Shown: positions 20,542 through 29,790, counted from the stretch's first letter. The stretch: DNA of 64,000 bases from Candidatus Cloacimonadales bacterium (GCA_963674825.1 OY771587.1:1344001-1408000); one strand, 5' to 3'. Notes: a model not told the origin generated them from the sequence alone. Numbers and translations: made by a program.

Positions 20542-22254
20542 TTAGTTTGTTTCCAGAATAACACTTACCACAGCAGGAGTCCCTTGATAGGAATACACAT
20601 AGGTATAGCGCCCTGTTACGGACTGGTATCCGGTTTTACTGACGTCCATCTGATAGACACCAACCGGTATGTCATTGAATGTACATAGCCCAACGATGTT
20701 TGTCGTTCCGGTGTAGGATGTTCCCTGTAGTGTTACCGTAGCGCCTTGAATCGGGGTAAGGTCGTCTTTCGAAACATACACCTGAAGGTTGTTGGTAGTT
20801 TCTTCGGTGTACATGGTCAGCTCCGCGTCCAAGTTGACTGTCTGACCGATCGTAAACGTTACACCGGTTACGGTATAAGGTTCGAATCCAACTTTTGTAA
20901 AGGTTACATCATAGGTTCCGGCAGTTAAGACCATTGCTTCATAGCTTCCGGTTTCATCGGATGCACCAGCGCCGGCTTCACCGACAGTGATGATCACATT
21001 GTTGATGGGGGTATTGTAACCGGCTGCGGTAACGCTGCCAGAAAGAATCGCGTACGGTTCGTTTCCTTCTTCGATCATCAGGAATGTATATTCTGTTACC
21101 TGGTTTGCGATGATGGTCACATAGGCATCGTCTTCGTTGTAGCCAGTCTTGGAGCAGACTGCCGTGTAATCACCCGCGGGAATTCCCGAAATGATATAGT
21201 AACCAAACGCGTCCGATGTTGCGGAAAAGGACGTACCTTCCAGCATGATCGTCGCGCCGGCAAGGATGTACTGATTGCTGACATCGGTTACATAGCCTTC
21301 GAGGGTTCCGGTACCGTCGCCACTGCCAGGATAAAGCGTAATATCCTGGTTTGTCGTAATACCACCGGAAATACCAACCGTGACTGTCTCCGGCGTGTAA
21401 CCGCTCTTGCTCGCTGTCACATCGTAATCACCTGCCGGAACGTTCGCGATAAGATACAGGCCATCGCTATCCGTGGTGGTAGTAAGCGAAGTCCCATCGA
21501 TCGCTACTGTCGCGCCTTCGATCGCGTCGCTGGTATCGCCATCGGAGACAATACCTGTCAGAATGCCGGTATCGTCTTCGCCTTCTTCTATCTGTACATC
21601 GAGATCTGTGGTTACATTCTGTACGATTTGCACAGCCTCTTCGGTGTAGCTGATGTAGCCGGTTTTAATAAACTGAACGCTGTACACGCCAACGGGTATG
21701 TTGGAAACAGTATAATTTCCATCGGTACCGGTGGAAGCGGTCTTTCCAGAGGTCAGGACGTTGACCATCACCCCGGCAACCGCATTTCCGTTCGCATCGG
21801 TAACGGTTCCGTTGAGGTGTCCAACCACGGTGGAGGTATCTTTATCAAAGGTCATCTGAATATTGTCACCATCAACCGTAATGCTCATCGAGAGTGTGTT
21901 TCCGCTGATCGTGTAGTTCCAGATATAGGTTCCTTCAGGCATCCAGGGATCGTTACTCTCTTGAACGACCAACGTAAGCGAACCGCGCGAAGTGCTCCAG
22001 GTTCCGCTGATGTTAAAAGCACTGGGGTAGTCGCTATCCTGAAGCTCGCTGTCGAAGGTTCCATCTTCATCAAATTCGAGCCAACCGCTGTAGTCACCTA
22101 CTCCGTCTTCATCGGAATAGGAAGTGATATTCCAAAGGTTCACAAGGCTTGCATCGCCGTTGGAACCACCGTCGTCACCGCTGCTGCTACTGCTGCAACC
22201 AAAGATCATTAGAATAGCTGCGAAAAGCAGGATAAAATAGATGCTGACTCTCAT
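20542..22254 (-). CDS. Lipoprotein with lipocalin-like domain and about 5 carboxypeptidase-regulatory-like (transthyretin/PEGA-like) domains
   Basis: Start at MRVSIY (AGGAG RBS); lipobox MIFG-C followed by a Ser/Gly linker; LVNLWNITSY lipocalin-like motif; repeated G.L.G.VTD...G.Y.I.N.P.G.Y.V..SKTGY. Confidence 0.82.
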   Translation of the reverse strand: MRVSIYFILLFAAILMIFGCSSSSSGDDGGSNGDASLVNLWNITSYSDEDGVGDYSGWLEFDEDGTFDSELQDSDYPSAFNISGTWSTSRGSLTLVVQESNDPWMPEGTYIWNYTISGNTLSMSITVDGDNIQMTFDKDTSTVVGHLNGTVTDANGNAVAGVMVNVLTSGKTASTGTDGNYTVSNIPVGVYSVQFIKTGYISYTEEAVQIVQNVTTDLDVQIEEGEDDTGILTGIVSDGDTSDAIEGATVAIDGTSLTTTTDSDGLYLIANVPAGDYDVTASKSGYTPETVTVGISGGITTNQDITLYPGSGDGTGTLEGYVTDVSNQYILAGATIMLEGTSFSATSDAFGYYIISGIPAGDYTAVCSKTGYNEDDAYVTIIANQVTEYTFLMIEEGNEPYAILSGSVTAAGYNTPINNVIITVGEAGAGASDETGSYEAMVLTAGTYDVTFTKVGFEPYTVTGVTFTIGQTVNLDAELTMYTEETTNNLQVYVSKDDLTPIQGATVTLQGTSYTGTTNIVGLCTFNDIPVGVYQMDVSKTGYQSVTGRYTYVYSYQGTPAVVSVILETN

Positions 22255-22292
22255 ACTTGTTGCTCCTTTTAAAGATTGTGCTCTCATGCTGA

Positions 22293-22928
22293 TCATTGTT
22301 CTTTCTTGAGGTTATACTTCTTGGTGATACCTGCGCGAATCTGCTGAATGTGCTCCCTTCCTTCTGGAGTCAGCACCCCTTCGAACAGGATCGAAATGAT
22401 TTCATCGAACACCTGGGTTGCTGTAATTGCATGCTCCGCCAGGAATTCAGGATTAATTGAAGCCAGTGCTAGGTTGTAGTAAACATGAATCAACAGGTCG
22501 ATATTGGTATCTTCCCTAAATACACCTTTCCACACACCTTCCTGCAGAAGCTTTCCCATGTAGATTCTAATTTTGTCCTTGCGAAACCGGTTGATTTCAC
22601 TCCACAAGTCTGGAAAGCGACGTTGAATTTCTTTGACCAGGGGAGATTGAAACAGCGCCGTCTTGTCGCCCATGAAAGCCATGATGTCGGTCAGGCGATC
22701 AATATATTCCCTGTCCTTGTTATCGACAATCTCATGAACCTCTTCCTCGATCGATTTGAACATCAGATTCAGCACCTGGAACAGCAGCTTTTCCTTGCTC
22801 GGAAAATACTTGTACAATGTCTTCTTACTGATTCCCAAGTCATTCGAGATCTCATCCACGGTTACCCGGGAATAATTGAACTTGAGAAACAGCTCTTTCG
22901 CTCTCTGAATAATTCTCTCTCTAACCAT
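22293..22928 (-). CDS. TetR/AcrR family transcriptional regulator
   Basis: N-terminal HTH: VTVDEISNDLGISKKTLYKYFPSKEKL. Confidence 0.93.
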   Translation of the reverse strand: MVRERIIQRAKELFLKFNYSRVTVDEISNDLGISKKTLYKYFPSKEKLLFQVLNLMFKSIEEEVHEIVDNKDREYIDRLTDIMAFMGDKTALFQSPLVKEIQRRFPDLWSEINRFRKDKIRIYMGKLLQEGVWKGVFREDTNIDLLIHVYYNLALASINPEFLAEHAITATQVFDEIISILFEGVLTPEGREHIQQIRAGITKKYNLKKEQ

Positions 22929-22963
22929 TTTTCCATTCCGTTTTTTTGTTCATACACATCATC

Positions 22964-23007
22964 GAGACTACGGAAACTATTTTAGTCTCCAAAGTTTCCT
23001 TTGGCAA
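22964..23007 (-). promoter_or_regulatory. Sigma70-like promoter of tetR (TTGCCA-N17-TAAAAT) overlapped by a palindromic operator
   Basis: On the - strand, -35 is at 23007-23002 and -10 at 22984-22979; GGAAAC-N16-GTTTCC at 22972-22999 and GAGACTA-N12-TAGTCTC at 22964-22989. Confidence 0.65.
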
Positions 23008-23126
23008 GATAAAAATTGTCACATATCATTATCTGAAGTGTATACAGTATCAGTAACTATTTGCATTACAATGCTTAATGAATTATACATTATTTTGGCG
23101 TAATACGAGATATTCAATGAGTAAAC

Positions 23127-23157
23127 ACGGAAACTTGGTAAACGCTTTCGGTTTCCT
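23127..23157. promoter_or_regulatory. Second copy of the putative operator
   Basis: ACGGAAACT-N15-GTTTCCT, same half-sites and spacing as 22970-23000. Confidence 0.55.
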
Positions 23158-23290
23158 AAGCCCCCGGATACTCCGAAATCCCGAGTTGATTTCCCATCAT
23201 TTTCATGGGCAATGAATGCCATACATTTATCTTGACATTTCCCGAACTCTAATAGCACAATTTGCACATCTCAAAACGTAAGGAGAATCT

Positions 23291-24529
23291 ATGAAGCGAT
23301 TGATTTTCATTCTTGCACTTTGCGCGATTCAACTGTTGGCAGCTGTGCCGGTACAGGATGTTACAGCGCAGTTCGAGCAATCAGCCCGGGCGATGGTCAT
23401 GACCCTCGCGAACCGTACTGATTACTCACACATGTTCGTTACACCGTATCCCTACACACTGATGATGTTTCATCAGGCTCACGAAATGCAGTACACGATG
23501 ATGAATCAGTACATTTGGGACGCAGAAGCTAACGACTGGAATCTCTACAGCGAGTTGACCATCGATTATGATGGCGAATACCCGACTGTTTTTACACAAT
23601 CTCTGGAATATCAGGGAATGGAATTCCTAATGATTTACACGTTCACCCTCACCGATGGTGTTCCTACGCAGCTTGTTGTCAGCGCAAACCTTTCCGGGCA
23701 GATGATGGATACGACCCGCGAAACGTATTCCTACGATGCCCAGTATCTGATCTATCTGTTAGGAGAGGTCAACATGATTACGAGCTGGCAGGAAGATTAC
23801 CAGATAGAATACACATGGACTGGTGAGGATATCACATCCGCTATGCAAACATCCTGGAATGGGGACCAGTGGGAAAATGACGGATGGGAGACATGGGAGT
23901 ACAGCAGATCCAATCCGAGCCTCTACACGTACAGATACTGGGACGGTAACCAGTATGTGAACGAAGAGCAGGAGTCCTTCACATTCTCCGGTGATCTGAT
24001 CATGGATGAAACAGGCAAAGTCTGGGATGGCTCAGCCTGGATCAACGATTATTATACGACTTTCGAATGGGACGGAAACAACATCGAAAGCAGCCTTGAT
24101 ATGGATTGGGACGGCACCGGCTGGATCAACGATCACAGGGCAACCTACTACATGGTCGATGGCTCTCTGGGATATGTCATTTCGCAGATGTGGGAAAACA
24201 ACGATTGGGTCAACAGCGGTAAATACGTTTACGGCTTCGGCGATGCTGTAGATAGCGAAGACGTTCTGCAAGCCACGAGCGCTATCGATGTATATCCAAA
24301 CCCGTTCAATCCAACTACCAATATTAGCTATTGCATGGCCAATGATGGGTTCGTCACAATCGATATCTACAATATTCGCGGACAAAAAGTCCAGACGCTC
24401 TTCAATGGTCACAAAGATGCCGGAACTCATACTCTTACCTGGAATGCGCAGGTAGCTGGCGGTATCTATTTTGCGGTGATGAACGCAGGAAACGAACGGA
24501 TTGTCAAAAAGATGGTCCTCCTGAAATAA
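23291..24529 (+). CDS. Secreted Trp-rich repeat protein with FlgD-Ig C-terminal domain (paralog 1)
   Basis: AGGAG RBS, signal peptide, ~25-aa W.G..W.N....Y.W repeats, VYPNPFNP...KKMVLLK. Confidence 0.85.
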   Translation: MKRLIFILALCAIQLLAAVPVQDVTAQFEQSARAMVMTLANRTDYSHMFVTPYPYTLMMFHQAHEMQYTMMNQYIWDAEANDWNLYSELTIDYDGEYPTVFTQSLEYQGMEFLMIYTFTLTDGVPTQLVVSANLSGQMMDTTRETYSYDAQYLIYLLGEVNMITSWQEDYQIEYTWTGEDITSAMQTSWNGDQWENDGWETWEYSRSNPSLYTYRYWDGNQYVNEEQESFTFSGDLIMDETGKVWDGSAWINDYYTTFEWDGNNIESSLDMDWDGTGWINDHRATYYMVDGSLGYVISQMWENNDWVNSGKYVYGFGDAVDSEDVLQATSAIDVYPNPFNPTTNISYCMANDGFVTIDIYNIRGQKVQTLFNGHKDAGTHTLTWNAQVAGGIYFAVMNAGNERIVKKMVLLK

Positions 24530-24554
24530 TCCGATTTTCTGAATCATAATTAGT

Positions 24555-24588
24555 GCCCGGAAGCCAACTGGCTGCCGGGCTTTTTTTT
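24555..24588 (+). terminator. Intrinsic terminator
   Basis: GCCCGG.AGCCA..TGGCT.CCGGGC followed by T8. Confidence 0.85.
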
Positions 24589-24673
24589 AGATTATTTTCA
24601 AATACAAAAAAAATATTGACGACACGAGAACGAAAAACCTATACTATAGATGAACATACAAAAGGAGACACCT

Positions 24674-25915
24674 ATGCAGCGATTATTCCTCTTTTTACTA
24701 CTCATCGGAATTCTATCCTTGAGCGCCCTATCCGTTCAAGATGTCAAGGCATGCTCAGAAAATGCCGTGAAAGAGATGGTTCAAACCCTTAATGAACGTA
24801 ACGACTACTCGCACATGTTTGTAAACCCATACCCCTACTCACTGATGATGTATTATCAGGCTATAGAATTGCATTATACGCAGATGCTCCAATACGCATG
24901 GGACGAAGATGCGCAGGACTGGATTGAAATCAGCGAGATGATTGTTGAATATGACGGAGAATATCCCACAACATTCTCACAATCCGTGATTGTGCAGGAG
25001 CAGGAAGTCAACATCGTGTATGACTTTACAACCACGGGTGGAGTCCTTACAAATATGACTATGAGCATGGACTATGCGGGCCAGATGATGGAGATATCGC
25101 GTGAGACCTACACCTTCACTGGCAACCAGTGGACCTACCTTATCGCAGAATCCAATATCGTTGTCCAGTGGATAAACGACTTCCAGATCAACGCCACCTG
25201 GAATGGTGGTAATATCACTGAGCTTTTGTGCCAATCATGGAACAGCGATGAAATATGGGAAGACGATTATCGCGAAACGTGGCAATATAGCGGCTCCAAT
25301 CCCACGCAATATCTTCTCGATTACTGGAATGGAGTGGCATGGGAAAATGAGGAGTTGGAGACGTACACGTTCAGCGGTGACACAATCACACAGGAACTGG
25401 GACAGCTCTGGGAAGGCGAATGGATCAATGAAGATCGCACTACCTATACCTGGGATGGCGACATGATCGCAAGTCATATCGAAGAACTGTGGGATGGCAG
25501 CCAGTGGTATGACAGCAAATTGGTCACCTACTACGTAGTCGATGGTGAACTCGGTTATGTCATCTCGCAGGATTGGGTTGAAGGACGCGAATGGGTCAAC
25601 TCTGGCAAGTATGTTTACAACTTCGGCGAAGCAGTCGATGGTGAAGACATCCCGCAGGTCAATAGCTCCATCGATATCTATCCAAACCCATTCAACCCAT
25701 CCACCAACATCAGCTACAGCATGGCTCAGGATGGATTCGTCACCATCGATATCTATAACATCCGCGGACAGAAAGTAGAAACCCTCTTCAACGGACATCA
25801 AGACGCCGGTACACACACGCTGACCTGGAACGCACAGGTCGCTGGCGGTATTTATTTCGCCGTGATGAACACCGGAAACAAGCAGATCGTCCAGAAGATG
25901 GTTCTGCTGAAATAG
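24674..25915 (+). CDS. Secreted Trp-rich repeat protein with FlgD-Ig C-terminal domain (paralog 2)
   Basis: Start at MQRLFLF (AAGGAG RBS); alignable end to end with paralog 1; IYPNPFNP...QKMVLLK. Confidence 0.85.
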   Translation: MQRLFLFLLLIGILSLSALSVQDVKACSENAVKEMVQTLNERNDYSHMFVNPYPYSLMMYYQAIELHYTQMLQYAWDEDAQDWIEISEMIVEYDGEYPTTFSQSVIVQEQEVNIVYDFTTTGGVLTNMTMSMDYAGQMMEISRETYTFTGNQWTYLIAESNIVVQWINDFQINATWNGGNITELLCQSWNSDEIWEDDYRETWQYSGSNPTQYLLDYWNGVAWENEELETYTFSGDTITQELGQLWEGEWINEDRTTYTWDGDMIASHIEELWDGSQWYDSKLVTYYVVDGELGYVISQDWVEGREWVNSGKYVYNFGEAVDGEDIPQVNSSIDIYPNPFNPSTNISYSMAQDGFVTIDIYNIRGQKVETLFNGHQDAGTHTLTWNAQVAGGIYFAVMNTGNKQIVQKMVLLK

Positions 25916-25937
25916 ACCGAACATTTTCGCATACATC

Positions 25938-25965
25938 AACGCCCGGAAATCCCGGGCGTTTTTTT
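25938..25965 (+). terminator. Intrinsic terminator
   Basis: AACGCCCGG-AAATC-CCGGGCGTT followed by a T-tract. Confidence 0.8.
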
Positions 25966-25978
25966 AACTCAATCCGTT

Positions 25979-27112
25979 TTAATCGTCCAATAGAAAATCC
26001 AGATAATTGGATGGAGTAACAACCTCAAGCCCAGCATCGGGATATGTATTTTTAAAGGTCAGCGGTATCGTTGCCTTACTGTCGGGATTCCATTTCACCT
26101 CAAACGCATTCATACCCGAGCCGGTCACTTCGATCAAATCTACTTCTTTCTGTGTTTTTGTTCTCCAGAAAAAATGTTCGAATGGCTTACGGCTGTTCAG
26201 CATCATTTTCCTTCGCTCGGTGATGAAATAATTTTCCCAAAGCGCTCCGACATCAGTGCGAAGATTCGACGGATTGAAATTGTTGATCAATGCGTTTCTG
26301 ATCCCGTTATCCCAGAAAAACACCTTCTGACTCTTTTTCAGCTCGATACGCAAATTGTTACTGTATGATCCAAGACGATAAATGATGAAGCATTTCTCCA
26401 ACAAATTCAGATACCGGTCGACTGTCTTGGGATCAATTCCCACCAATTGCCCCAGTTCAGAATTATTGACCTCGTTTCCAACCTGCAAAGCTAAAGCTTG
26501 CAGAAGCTTTTTCAGAACATCGGGCTTGCGTATCTCCTGATATGCAAGAATATCCTTGAACAGGTAGGATCCAGCTATTTCCTGAATAATCTCCTCCGGC
26601 ATCGTCTTATCGAGGTAAACTTCCGGGTAGTTGCCATAGATGATTCTTTGATGCAAGCCACCCTTTACAGCAGAGATTCCATCGTGGTTGTAAATTTCCT
26701 GCGTAGAAAGTGGCGTTACGATGAATTCGAATTTCCTGCCCGTCAACGGTTCGATGGTCGAGTTGGACAGTTCAAACGCCGACGATCCCGTGGCTATGAT
26801 CTGAAGGTCCGGCAGCGTGTCGATGATCGCCTTGAGCTTAATCCCTATATCATGAACACGCTGCGCTTCGTCTATCAACAGATAGCCGTATTGCCCGAAA
26901 CTGCGCTCAATATCCTGTTGATTGCGAAATCCGAATAGCTCCTGTCCATCGATCAGATCGCAATTGATATAAAGATTGTGCTCGAACTCCTTCGCCAGCG
27001 CATTGAGTATCGTCGTCTTCCCAGTTCGCCTCGCGCCAAACAGGATAATCCCTCTTCTCTTGTGAAGGTATCGCGTTATTACGTCATTGTATGTTCTGAT
27101 AATCATCGCCAC
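25979..27112 (-). CDS. AAA_14 ATPase / DUF4143 protein with C-terminal PD-(D/E)xK-like domain
   Basis: Walker A GARRTGKTT, Walker B LLIDEAQ, ATGSS, LTGRK, wHTH-like segment, EVDL...FEVKW. Confidence 0.9.
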   Translation of the reverse strand: MAMIIRTYNDVITRYLHKRRGIILFGARRTGKTTILNALAKEFEHNLYINCDLIDGQELFGFRNQQDIERSFGQYGYLLIDEAQRVHDIGIKLKAIIDTLPDLQIIATGSSAFELSNSTIEPLTGRKFEFIVTPLSTQEIYNHDGISAVKGGLHQRIIYGNYPEVYLDKTMPEEIIQEIAGSYLFKDILAYQEIRKPDVLKKLLQALALQVGNEVNNSELGQLVGIDPKTVDRYLNLLEKCFIIYRLGSYSNNLRIELKKSQKVFFWDNGIRNALINNFNPSNLRTDVGALWENYFITERRKMMLNSRKPFEHFFWRTKTQKEVDLIEVTGSGMNAFEVKWNPDSKATIPLTFKNTYPDAGLEVVTPSNYLDFLLDD

Positions 27113-27160
27113 CTCAGAGAAATACTCTGTTCATCCATTCTCAATGTCAAGCATTTTTTG

Positions 27161-27224
27161 ACTTTTCGGGAATATAATCCCAAATGGTAATTACTTTTCG
27201 GGATTACAATCCCAAATAGTTAAG
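27161..27224. repeat. 32-bp tandem direct repeat, each unit containing a palindrome
   Basis: ACTTTTCGGGAATATAATCCCAAATGGTAATT / ACTTTTCGGGATTACAATCCCAAATAGTTAAG. Confidence 0.85.
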
Positions 27225-27246
27225 ATTTTCGCGATCATGGACGAAG

Positions 27247-27274
27247 AAAAACCCCTCGCAATGGAGGGGTTTTT
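27247..27274 (-). terminator. Intrinsic terminator after pfk
   Basis: AAAAACCCCTC-GCAATG-GAGGGGTTTTT. Confidence 0.85.
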
Positions 27275-27286
27275 ATATCCTAACGT

Positions 27287-28504
27287 TTACACGTTCAAAA
27301 TCTTGGCTACAGCGGGTGCTCTGAGACGATGCGGTTGACGGAAACCGGAGCCCAGGAGCGGACGGATATAGTAGCGGAAATCGTCGGTAACATTATTGCC
27401 TTCCGCGTTAATAAATGAATCGGGCATGATGCGCGTCTTGCCGGCGACTTCATCCAGCTTCACCAGCTTATAATCTACGGAGTAGTAACCGGTGCGTTGA
27501 ATGGTGACAGACCCATCCAGATCGTGCCAGATCGCGAATTGAGCGGCTTTCTCGCCCACTTCGCGCGCTTCATTCTGATCGATATCCGAGACGCATTCGA
27601 TGAACGAGCGTTGCAGATAACCGAATGTATCCGAGCGAACGCGCTTGATCTTCAGGTGCTTCTTGACAGTCTTGGCAAGCAGGTCACCAAGTGCGCCGGT
27701 ACCGGAAAGCTGCACGTTGCCGTGCTGATCGCGCTCAATGTTGTCCATGAGCTGGGTGATGATCTCCTGGCCTGAATTGTCCTTGATACCTTCCGAAATC
27801 GCGATAACGCAGCGACCATACTGGTCATAGACCTTCTTCACGTCATCGAGGAACCTGTTTACATCGAATGCACGCTCAGGCAGATAGACCAAATGTGGAC
27901 CATCATCCGGGTATTTCTTCGCCAACGCAGCCGCTCCGGTGAGAAATCCAGCGTGACGTCCCATCACCACACCGATATAGACACCGGGGATGGAGCGATT
28001 ATCGAGGTTCGCGCCGATGAACGCCGATGCCACGAACCGCGCTGCTGAGCCGAAGCCCGGCGTATGGTCGTTCAGCACGAGGTCATTATCGATGGTCTTG
28101 GGTATATGGATCGCGCGGAAATCGTAGTCAGCGCGTTCTGCTTCGTGATTGACAATGCGCACGGTGTCGGCGGAGTCGTTACCACCGATATAAAAGAAGT
28201 AACGGGCGTTGTGGGCCTTGAGAACCTTGAAGATCTCACGGCAATACGCCTCGTCCGGTTTATCGCGTGTGGAGAGCAGCGCTGCGGACGGTGTCACGGC
28301 GATTTTCTCGAGATTATTGGTCGTTTCCTGTGTGAGATCGACAAAATTTTCATCGATGATGCCACGCACGCCGTGCACAGCGCCATAGACGCGGTTAACC
28401 TGGAAGAATTTGCGCGATTCCAGAACGACGCCAACCAGTGACTGATTGATCACTGCGGTAGGCCCTCCGCCCTGCGCGACAACTACATTACCTTCCAATG
28501 CCAT
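27287..28504 (-). CDS. Phosphofructokinase, probably PPi-dependent
   Basis: QGGGPTAVIN, IGGNDS, PKTIDND, VMGRHAG, GYLQR. Confidence 0.9.
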   Translation of the reverse strand: MALEGNVVVAQGGGPTAVINQSLVGVVLESRKFFQVNRVYGAVHGVRGIIDENFVDLTQETTNNLEKIAVTPSAALLSTRDKPDEAYCREIFKVLKAHNARYFFYIGGNDSADTVRIVNHEAERADYDFRAIHIPKTIDNDLVLNDHTPGFGSAARFVASAFIGANLDNRSIPGVYIGVVMGRHAGFLTGAAALAKKYPDDGPHLVYLPERAFDVNRFLDDVKKVYDQYGRCVIAISEGIKDNSGQEIITQLMDNIERDQHGNVQLSGTGALGDLLAKTVKKHLKIKRVRSDTFGYLQRSFIECVSDIDQNEAREVGEKAAQFAIWHDLDGSVTIQRTGYYSVDYKLVKLDEVAGKTRIMPDSFINAEGNNVTDDFRYYIRPLLGSGFRQPHRLRAPAVAKILNV

Positions 28505-28518
28505 AATGATCCTCCAAT

Positions 28519-29730
28519 TTATTTATTCATATGCTTTTTCAGGATGTGCGGGAACGCAGCGTAGAACTGCGTGGCGAAGACCAGATCGCTGATCTTCACG
28601 TGCTCCTCGGTAGAGTGCGAGAGCTCTTCGCGACCGGGAGCAAATCCGATCGACGGAATGCCGAAATGGCCCATGCTGGATACGCCGTTGGTCGAGAACG
28701 ACCAGCGTCCGATCGGCTTGGCCGGGATTATTGCGAGGTCGGCAGCTTCTTTGGCTGCTTGCACCAGTATGTGATCTTCGGGAAGAATCCATGTGGGATA
28801 GACCTTCTCCTGATTGACCTCATAGCCCTTCCAACTGGTGGCGTCGTATTGCGGGATAATGATCTCCGCGTTGTCGCCGGTAATCTCTTTCAGTTCGGCA
28901 ATGACCGATTCTTTGGTCTCGCCGACGGTCATGCGGCGGTCGAGATAGACTTCGCAGCTATCGGCAACCGAGCAGAGCGAAGGGCTGGTCGAGGTGATCT
29001 GCGATATTGTGATGGTGCCTTTGCCAAGGAAGGGATCGTCTTTCAGCCTGTGATTGAGTTGCTTGATGCCTTCGATGATAGGCGCCATCTTATAGACGGC
29101 GTTGTCGCCGAGATGTTCGTGTGCTCCATGCGCCGATTTTCCACGGGTGCGGATGATGATCTCCATCCTGCCGCGATGTCCGCGATAAACGTGAAGGTCG
29201 GTGGGTTCGCCAAGTACCACGAAGTCGGGCTTGATGCCTTCGTTCTCAAAGAGGTGCGTCAGCGGAAGGCCGTCGCAGTCTTCTTCCATCACGGAGCCGA
29301 CGCAATAGAGGGTGATGCCGTCGAGCAGACCGAGGTCTTTCATGATACGCGCGGCATATGCCATGCAAGCGGCTGCGGGTTTTTCGTCCACGCTACCACG
29401 ACCGTATATTTTACCGTATTTCTCGAAAGCGGGAAATGGCGGGTAGTCCCAGCTTTCCGGGTCACCGATTCCGACAACGTCGATGTGCGCGTCGAAGAGA
29501 ACGACGGTCTCGCCGTTACCCATTCTGCCGACCGCGTTGCCCAGCTTGTCGCTGTACGCCTCGTCGAATCCGAGCTTTTGCATTTCCTGTACGATCCGCT
29601 CAACCACCTCTTTTTCCTGGCAGCTATAGGACGGGATCGATACGATATCTTTCAGGAACCGCACCATATCGTCGCGGTATTCCTCACTTTTACGCAGGAT
29701 TTGATTCCACTGTTCCATGCTTGTCTCCAT
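28519..29730 (-). CDS. M20 family metallohydrolase (YgeY-like)
   Basis: FDAHIDVV, GRGSVDEK, VMEEDCDG, GEPT, GHRGRME, FSTNG, HSTEE. Confidence 0.87.
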   Translation of the reverse strand: METSMEQWNQILRKSEEYRDDMVRFLKDIVSIPSYSCQEKEVVERIVQEMQKLGFDEAYSDKLGNAVGRMGNGETVVLFDAHIDVVGIGDPESWDYPPFPAFEKYGKIYGRGSVDEKPAAACMAYAARIMKDLGLLDGITLYCVGSVMEEDCDGLPLTHLFENEGIKPDFVVLGEPTDLHVYRGHRGRMEIIIRTRGKSAHGAHEHLGDNAVYKMAPIIEGIKQLNHRLKDDPFLGKGTITISQITSTSPSLCSVADSCEVYLDRRMTVGETKESVIAELKEITGDNAEIIIPQYDATSWKGYEVNQEKVYPTWILPEDHILVQAAKEAADLAIIPAKPIGRWSFSTNGVSSMGHFGIPSIGFAPGREELSHSTEEHVKISDLVFATQFYAAFPHILKKHMNK

Positions 29731-29790
29731 TCGTTGTTACTCTTTTTCCATACAACAGTTTTGAATGATTTATATTGTCAAGCAGAAAGC

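Noticed and set aside
24280..25915. Diversity-generating retroelement suggested by near-identical 3' ends of the paralogs
   Set aside because: Differences are mostly synonymous third-position changes rather than adenine-specific, both copies are coding, and there is no reverse transcriptase in the window.
27161..27224. Mini-CRISPR array
   Set aside because: The two units are directly adjacent with no spacer, and there are no cas genes.
28519..29730. Selenoprotein or recoding linked to the YgeY-like gene
   Set aside because: No in-frame TGA interrupting a recognisable gene was noticed here or in the Cys-rich genes of the window.
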